Both the position numbers and the translations under genes were made by a program. DNA of 32,000 nt from Pirellula staleyi DSM 6068. GTDB lineage: Bacteria > Planctomycetota > Planctomycetia > Pirellulales > Pirellulaceae. The notes under the pieces are model-generated. The model was not told the DNA's origin. It saw only the letters and a list, made by a program, of their open reading frames with translations, and did not search any database. The DNA is taken from positions 810,001-842,000 of the forward strand of contig CP001848.1 of assembly GCA_000025185.1 (NCBI GenBank). Direction: 5' to 3'. Numbering within the stretch: position 1 is the first letter of the stretch; every line of letters starts with the position of its first letter. Of the stretch, positions 26,288 to 32,000 are shown in pieces.

Positions 26288-26453
26288 ATTGATTATTCTG
26301 CCGCTCGTGATGGTGTGTCAACAAAATACGCTTTTGGGACACTTTGCTCCGTGAAAAGCAAGATTGCATCGGCGCATGAAAAAGCCGTGCGGGACGATTG
26401 GGTCGTCGCGAACAGCGGGGATGGTTGTTGGTAGGTTCGGGCTAGTGACCTAC
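26288..26453 (-). repeat. junction module copy C
   Basis: ATTGATTATTCTG...TGTCAACAAAATAC...GGCGCATGAAAAAGCCGTGCGGGACGATTGGGTCGTCGCGAACAGCGGGGATGGTTGTTGGTAGGTTCGGGCTAGTGACCTAC. Confidence 0.85.
26379..26415 (-). terminator. rho-independent terminator (module C, stem weakened by two substitutions)
   Basis: Hairpin plus TTTTT on the minus strand, 112 nt past the stop of 26527-27651. Confidence 0.6.
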
Positions 26454-26526
26454 AAGGTTGGGGAGAGCTGATATTAAACGCAGCAATTCACAGCGAGAAC
26501 ACGTCGTGCATCGCTCAGTCAAGTCC

Positions 26527-27651
26527 CTACTTGGCGACTGGAACGAAAGATCGATACACCGCAATCGGGTGGACTGTCACATTCGGATATCGTGAGTAAC
26601 GCATGAATGCTTCAAGATTGTCCATCGCTGAGAAGATCGCCCTGAACCCACGCTCAAACGCCACCTGCTCAGCCGATTCATCTGCTGACTCTTGAAACTC
26701 TGCCATTGGATCAAAAGCGGTTTCTGTCGACAAATCTGGAATCGACGTTAACAGTCCAAAGACTGTTAACGGTACATTCGGACGATTGCCGTATCCATAG
26801 AGTAGATGCTCTGGATCCTGATCTACAAAGCAGTCTCGCTTGAGATTACACAACACTTGAAAAGATGGGCAGGAAGGGAATGGATACACGCGGAAGTTGA
26901 TTCTGGAGGCCATAAAGGTGTTAATCCAGAGCTTGATACCGTTGAGGAGCCACTTTTCCACACCAAGGATTTGAGGGGCCGTAAGCGATTGGAGCGTCGC
27001 CTCCATAGATTTTAGTTGCTGGGTTTTCACTGACCTCTTGTTACGGTCACGTTCTCCATTTGCTTGCAATCGCATTGTTTCAATATTGTTCTGAAGCTCC
27101 TTATACTCAGGCGATTGCTTAACCGACTGCATGCTGCATTCAGAAATAAAATTGACTATTTCATTGAACTTCTCGCTGATCCCCAGGATTCGAGGATAGT
27201 CCTCGATAACGCTAGCCCCCGAAGCCTTTACGTATGGGTGAAAACAGATTGCTTCGCGAATTGCTGCTGGATTGGATTCTTGGTGATCCAAAGTCGTCAT
27301 GAGATCCACTACTAAACCAGCATCAGTTAGTGCGTTGTCAACTGAATTCAGAACGTCATGGTGAAGAATTTTTGATTCCAAGACGGATCTTTTTCCCGTG
27401 TAGTCAACTCCAAGATTTGCCTCCGCCACTTTAGGGATTCCAAACGACACAGCTGCCTTTTGGCCGCGGCCCACGTCATCAGAAATGGAAACTTTCTCGC
27501 GCAACCCTCCCTCGAACTGACTCCAAATAGATGCTGCTTTTTCAAAGTCTAAATAGAGCAGATCGCGTATGTCTTGGTGCAGCATTTGATTGCATATAAC
27601 GAATAGAAGGGAGAATTTAGCGGATCCAAGCCCGGGAATTATTCTATACAT
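26527..27651 (-). CDS. 374-aa hypothetical protein, AT-rich (island ORF 11)
   Basis: Long uninterrupted ORF with protein-like composition. No motif recognised. An alternative start is MLHQDIRD... 23 codons downstream. Confidence 0.7.
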   Translation of the reverse strand: MYRIIPGLGSAKFSLLFVICNQMLHQDIRDLLYLDFEKAASIWSQFEGGLREKVSISDDVGRGQKAAVSFGIPKVAEANLGVDYTGKRSVLESKILHHDVLNSVDNALTDAGLVVDLMTTLDHQESNPAAIREAICFHPYVKASGASVIEDYPRILGISEKFNEIVNFISECSMQSVKQSPEYKELQNNIETMRLQANGERDRNKRSVKTQQLKSMEATLQSLTAPQILGVEKWLLNGIKLWINTFMASRINFRVYPFPSCPSFQVLCNLKRDCFVDQDPEHLLYGYGNRPNVPLTVFGLLTSIPDLSTETAFDPMAEFQESADESAEQVAFERGFRAIFSAMDNLEAFMRYSRYPNVTVHPIAVYRSFVPVAK

Positions 27652-27660
27652 CCTGGGGGG

Positions 27661-27799
27661 GTCAACGAAATACTACTGAGGAGAGTTTTTTGTTTAGGAA
27701 AGACGCAATTTGCTCGGCGCATGAAAAAGCCGTGCGGGACGATTGGGTCGTCGCGCACGGCGGGGATGGTTGTTGGTAGGTTCGGGCTAGATAACCTAC
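27661..27799 (-). repeat. junction module copy D
   Basis: GTCAACGAAATAC...GGCGCATGAAAAAGCCGTGCGGGACGATTGGGTCGTCGCGCACGGCGGGGATGGTTGTTGGTAGGTTCGGGCTAGATAACCTAC. Confidence 0.85.
27724..27761 (-). terminator. rho-independent terminator downstream of ppdK (module D)
   Basis: GCCGTGCGCGAC-loop-GTCCCGCACGGC followed by TTTTT on the minus strand. Confidence 0.75.
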
Positions 27800-27824
27800 T
27801 TTATGGGTAGCAGGCGGCAGGGGA

Positions 27825-27924
27825 CACTGCTGGACAAGCCAGCAGTGCCACCCACAATTCGTCAGTGCATCCAAAAGTTGGTGTTTGTCGTTGATTGTTG
27901 TCAGGTACGGGGTACCTGACCTAC
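27825..27924. repeat. composite hairpin repeats (hairpin H + GTCAGGTAC family)
   Basis: CACTGCTGGACAAGCCAGCAGTGCCACCCA (27825-27853). GTCAGGTACGGGGTACCTGACCTAC (27900-27924). Confidence 0.8.
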
Positions 27925-27954
27925 GTCATTGCGGCAGGCCCATTAACAAGCAGC

Positions 27955-30636
27955 CTACTTTTTGCTGTTCTTGAGAGCAGCTTGGGCGGCGGCGAGGCGG
28001 GCGATTGGCACGCGGAATGGCGAGCAGCTGACGTAGTCGAGTCCTGCGCGGTGGCAGAATTCGATCGAAGCTGGATCACCACCATGTTCGCCGCAAATGC
28101 CGATCTTGAGGTCCTTCTTCGTGCTGCGACCCTTCTTCACGCCGATTTCGACCAGCTGACCGACACCCGATTGATCGAGCGTTTGGAACGGGTCGGCGAG
28201 GAACAGATCTTTCTTCATGTAGTCGGGCAAGAAGCTGTTGATGTCGTCGCGGCTGATGCCGAACGTCATCTGCGTCAAGTCGTTCGTACCGAAGCTGAAG
28301 AAGTCGGCGTACTCGGCCACCTTGTCGGCGGTGAGAGCAGCACGGGGGATTTCGATCATCGTGCCGACGAGCACGTCGAGCGTACCCTTGAACTTGTGTT
28401 CGGCCTTCACGGTTTCGATCGTCTCTTCGGTCAGCTTGCGGAGCATGGCGAGCTCGGCAGCGGTGCCGACGAGTGGGATCATGATCTCGGGACGAGCGTC
28501 GATCTTCTTCCCCTTGCAAACGATCGCCGCTTCGATGATCGCCCGGACCTGCATCTCGAGGATTTCAGGATAGGTGACGCTCAAACGGCAACCACGGTGA
28601 CCGAGCATCGGGTTGGATTCGTGCAGCTGAGCTACGCGAGCCTTGATGACGGCGGGCTTCACGCCCATTTGCTTGGCGAGTTCTTCTTGGGTCTTCGCGT
28701 CGTGTGGCACGAATTCGTGAAGTGGTGGATCGAGAAGGCGAATGGTGACAGGCAAGCCCTTCATGGCGGTGAAGATGCCGGTGAAGTCTTCGCGCTGAAT
28801 CGGCAGCAGCTTGGCGAGGGCCGCCTTGCGTGCGTCGAGTTCGGTGGCGAGGATCATTTCGCGCATCGCAGCGATGCGGTCTTCACCGAAGAACATATGT
28901 TCGGTGCGGCAGAGGCCAATGCCCTCAGCGCCGAATTCGCGAGCACGGCTCGAGTCTTCAGGGCTGTCGGCGTTGGTGCGAATGTTGAGGGTGCGGTATT
29001 TGTCCGACCACTTCATCACGGTGGCAAAATCGCCGCCGAGTTTGGGCTCTTGCGTCGCCATGGCGCCGGCAAACACTTCGCCCGTGGTGCCGTTGATGGT
29101 GATCACATCGCCAGCGCCGTAGGTCTTGCCTTTGATCATCATCTTCTTGGCTTTTTCGTCGATCGTCATTTCGCCTGCGCCGACGACGCAGCAACGACCC
29201 CAACCGCGAGCCACCACAGCAGCGTGGCTGGTCATACCACCGGTGCTGGTGAGAATACCAGCGGCCGAGTGCATACCGGCGACGTCTTCGGGGCTGGTTT
29301 CTTTACGGCAGAGAATCACCTTCTCGCCCGAGGCAGCACGTTCGACAGCTTCTTCAGCGGTGAAGGCGAGCTTGCCCACAGCGGCACCTGGCGAAGCAGG
29401 GAGACCGATGGTGAGAACCTTGCCACCTTCGCGAGCCGTTTCAAGGGCCTTGGTGTCGAGGCTGGGGAGCAGGAGCTGCGACAAGTCGCCAGCGGGGATG
29501 CGCATCACACCTTGTTCTTCGGTGATGAGCTTCTCTTTGACCATGTCGACGGCCATCTTCACAGCGGCGGTGCCGGTGCGCTTGCCGTTGCGGGTTTGCA
29601 GCATGAAGAGAACACCCTTTTCGATGGTGAACTCGATGTCCTGCATGTCTTTGTAGTGCTCTTCGAGGATCTTTTTGATCTCGAGCAGCTGCTTGTGGAT
29701 CGCCTTGTTCCACTTGGGCATTTCGGCCACAGGCTGAGGCGTACGAATACCAGCAACCACGTCTTCGCCTTGGGCGTTGATGAGGAATTCGCCGAAGAAT
29801 TCATTCTTGCCTGTGTTCGGGTCGCGGGTGAAAGCGACACCGGTGCCGCTGTCGTCGCCCATGTTGCCATAGACCATCGACTGTACGTTCACAGCGGTGC
29901 CGAGCAGGCCGCGAATGTTTTCGACTTCGCGATACTTCACTGCCTTATCGCCCATCCAGCTCTTGAACACAGCACCGATGGCTGCTTCGAGCTGTGCATA
30001 GGGATCTTGAGGGAAGTCGTTGCCGGTGTACTTGCGATAGACTTCTTTGTAGGCCTTGCAGAGTTCGATGAGGCCTTCGGCTGGCACATCGGTATCGAGC
30101 TTCGCTTTGTACTTCTTCTTGATGCCGTCAAAGATGTGTTCGTAGTGCTCGTGATCGACACCCATCACAACGTCGCCGAACATGTTGATGAGGCGGCGGT
30201 AGGCATCGTAGGCAAAGCGTTCGTTGCCGGTGGCGTTGGCCAGACCAGCGGTCGAAACGTCGTTGAGACCGAGGTTCAGAATGGTGTTCATCATGCCCGG
30301 CATCGAGAGCTTAGCGCCCGAGCGAACACTGACGAGCAACGGATTCTTGTCGTCGCCGAACTTCTTGCCGAGCTCTTTTTCGAGCGAGCCGACATGCTTG
30401 CGAACTTCGTCCATCAAACCATCGGGCATCTTGCGTCCGCTCTTGTAGTAGAGGTCGCAAACTTCGGTGGTGATGGTGAAGCCGGGAGGAACAGGCAGAC
30501 CGATCGACGTCATGTCGGCGAGGTTGGCACCTTTGCCGCCGAGGAGGTCTTTGCTCAGTCCTTTGCCTTCGGACTTGCTCTTGCTGAAGTAGTAACACAT
30601 CTTGCCGCTTTTGGCGGCAGGCTTCACTTTGGCCAT
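27955..30636 (-). CDS. ppdK: pyruvate, phosphate dikinase
   Basis: LLGGKGANLADM, phospho-His motif GGMTSHAAVVARG, C-terminal GICGEHGGDP. Length ~890 aa. The start may be Met13 (MCYYFSK...). Confidence 0.95.
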   Translation of the reverse strand: MAKVKPAAKSGKMCYYFSKSKSEGKGLSKDLLGGKGANLADMTSIGLPVPPGFTITTEVCDLYYKSGRKMPDGLMDEVRKHVGSLEKELGKKFGDDKNPLLVSVRSGAKLSMPGMMNTILNLGLNDVSTAGLANATGNERFAYDAYRRLINMFGDVVMGVDHEHYEHIFDGIKKKYKAKLDTDVPAEGLIELCKAYKEVYRKYTGNDFPQDPYAQLEAAIGAVFKSWMGDKAVKYREVENIRGLLGTAVNVQSMVYGNMGDDSGTGVAFTRDPNTGKNEFFGEFLINAQGEDVVAGIRTPQPVAEMPKWNKAIHKQLLEIKKILEEHYKDMQDIEFTIEKGVLFMLQTRNGKRTGTAAVKMAVDMVKEKLITEEQGVMRIPAGDLSQLLLPSLDTKALETAREGGKVLTIGLPASPGAAVGKLAFTAEEAVERAASGEKVILCRKETSPEDVAGMHSAAGILTSTGGMTSHAAVVARGWGRCCVVGAGEMTIDEKAKKMMIKGKTYGAGDVITINGTTGEVFAGAMATQEPKLGGDFATVMKWSDKYRTLNIRTNADSPEDSSRAREFGAEGIGLCRTEHMFFGEDRIAAMREMILATELDARKAALAKLLPIQREDFTGIFTAMKGLPVTIRLLDPPLHEFVPHDAKTQEELAKQMGVKPAVIKARVAQLHESNPMLGHRGCRLSVTYPEILEMQVRAIIEAAIVCKGKKIDARPEIMIPLVGTAAELAMLRKLTEETIETVKAEHKFKGTLDVLVGTMIEIPRAALTADKVAEYADFFSFGTNDLTQMTFGISRDDINSFLPDYMKKDLFLADPFQTLDQSGVGQLVEIGVKKGRSTKKDLKIGICGEHGGDPASIEFCHRAGLDYVSCSPFRVPIARLAAAQAALKNSKK

Positions 30637-31526
30637 GCTAAAAATGCTCGCTGCTAAAGAGAGGAGGTTGCGACTCGCCTGAGCGTTGGGGCTGTCGCGA
30701 TCTCCGGTTTCACGCTCGAAATCTTACGCTCGTAAATTGCATATTTGCTTGCCGGGCCGGACTGCGCTAGCGATGGTCGCGCTCAGCTGCGAGCTAGAGA
30801 GCCTGCACCAATACAGTGAGGCAGATCGCGACGAGTGGCGACGCTTGATAAACGCTCGACTCGCACGAACCAGCAGCGGAGAGTGACCGGCTGTCGACAG
30901 GCTGGCGTCCCCGTGATCCCATCCTGAGATCGCCGCTGGGCATCGCATTGTGTCGTCAACCGCCAGAAGATCGGCCTGCTATCAGGCAAAAAATGAACAG
31001 AAAATCTAGCAGCGAAGTGGTTTAGCGTCAATGAAGGGGGGCTGCTGTGGGACGCGAAAAATCCGCAGCGAAATGAAGTTTTCGGGAACGGAGAGGGGGA
31101 CAAGCCGTAGCGCGCAGCGGCTCGAGCGGAAGATAACCAGCGGCGCCGGGCTCGCGCACATCCAGCCGCCGATCCCCGCACACTTCGCCCGAGCCACTGG
31201 CGGAACGGGGTGCCGTTGGTCTTGTACCAGCCGAGAGCAGGGCCGAAGGCCAGAGCGGCAGTCGATGTGGCGACCAGAACGGCCGCTGGGCTCCCGAGGT
31301 CCCGAGGGTGAATCGAACCTGGCCACTGCATCGAGACCAGCCAATATGGCAGCCTGAGTGACCGCTAAAGAGGTTTACGGCGCATTAAGTTCACCTTGCA
31401 TGCAGAAGCGCCAGCCGCGATTTACCCGCCCCTTGGTAGTTAAAAGTGCTTGCAACTGCACGCTTGGCGACGCACAATCTGGCGCACGACGCCCTGCCCC
31501 GCTCTCCCTCGAATGGTCCTACCACG

Positions 31527-32000
31527 ATGCCTGCCAGCCGCTTTCTCCGCCCCATTTTGCTCGCGCTTCTTGCGCTGCTGTTCTGCACCGCCGAGCTCCC
31601 TGCAGTCGACCCCGCCACGACCCCATCAGCCGATTCTAGTCAGTCTGCCGCCGCGGCCCAGCTTGGCATGGTCGACCCACCCCTGCCAGATGGCACCGAG
31701 GCGGGAAAAGCCCAAATCGGCGGTTTTCGCGTTCCTCAGCCGCTAGTGGTCGAGCTGTTTGCCGCCGAGCCGCAACTCGCCAGTCCGGTCGCCATCGGCC
31801 TCGACGAGCAGAACCGGGTCTACGTCGCTGAGGAGTTCCGCTTCAACCGGGGGACGGAAGAGAACCGAACGCGTCCCTTCTTCTTAGAAGATGATCTGCA
31901 GTTAAAGACCACTGCCGATCGGCTGGCGATGTACGAAAAATATGCCGACCGCTTTGAAGGTGGCATGAATTGGTTTCGTAAATATAGCGATCAAATTCGC
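31527..32000 (+). CDS. 5' part of a secreted/membrane-bound dehydrogenase-domain (PVC-type heme-binding family-like) protein; continues past the window
   Basis: ATG 31527 is open to the window end and is not in the ORF track. Signal peptide MPASRFLRPILLALLALLFCTA, then FRVPQPLVVELFAAEPQLASPVAIGLDEQNRVYVAEEFRFNRG, typical of this family's N-terminal domain. Confidence 0.65.
   Translation, partial: MPASRFLRPILLALLALLFCTAELPAVDPATTPSADSSQSAAAAQLGMVDPPLPDGTEAGKAQIGGFRVPQPLVVELFAAEPQLASPVAIGLDEQNRVYVAEEFRFNRGTEENRTRPFFLEDDLQLKTTADRLAMYEKYADRFEGGMNWFRKYSDQIR

Noticed and set aside
19712-27799. Integron cassette array with the junction modules as attC sites
   Set aside because: The same-orientation small ORFs separated by structured repeats look tempting. 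However, I find no RYYYAAC/GTTRRRY core pairs at the module ends and only a 6-bp CAACAA/TTGTTG complementarity. The hairpin carries a U-tract like an ordinary terminator, several blocks hold multiple genes, and no intI is in the window. A formal attC covariance-model scan would settle it.
27895-30657. 920-aa ORF on the plus strand
   Set aside because: It is exactly antisense to an unmistakable pyruvate phosphate dikinase. The translation is G/A/V/H/D-rich low-complexity sequence typical of shadow ORFs in high-GC genes.
31290-31340. tRNA or tmRNA T-arm-like GGTTCGATTC on the minus strand
   Set aside because: The flanking bases do not form a T-stem (CCAGG versus CACCC). No acceptor or anticodon arms can be drawn.

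Overview
High-GC bacterial chromosome segment. Its gene content looks Planctomycetota-like (Tat-signal metallophosphoesterase, TM-anchored LRR protein, 710-aa coiled-coil protein, start of a membrane-bound-dehydrogenase/heme-binding type protein); this assignment is inference only. Layout: (i) 1-4.3 kb is a co-directional, partly translationally coupled phage-derived block. It holds a zinc-ribbon fragment, a small membrane protein, a ParB-like nuclease-domain protein, an ABC-type ATPase fused to a GNAT-like domain, an HTH/TerS-like protein and a large terminase. It ends abruptly with no portal or capsid genes. (ii) 4.3-19.5 kb is mostly chromosomal genes: coiled-coil protein, PAS-GAF-DHp-like-pseudoreceiver regulator, membrane metallophosphoesterase, thymidine phosphorylase, LRR protein, PAP-like phosphoesterase, DUF2200, DUF1428, and a TlpA-like thioredoxin with EF-hands. 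These are interspersed with several families of GTAGG-headed palindromic (REP-like) repeats and two copies of a 172/187-bp MITE/REPIN-like element. (iii) 19.7-27.7 kb is a visibly AT-richer island of 11 co-oriented, mutually unrelated, mostly unrecognisable minus-strand ORFs. It is partitioned by five copies of a ~130-170 bp junction module; four carry an intact rho-independent terminator hairpin. (iv) ppdK, a long ORF-poor spacer, and the start of a dehydrogenase-like gene follow. No rRNA, tRNA or CRISPR array was found. The best candidates for something undescribed are the cassette-like island with its repeated junction module and the orphan terminase block with the ATPase-GNAT fusion. Their functions cannot be established from sequence alone.
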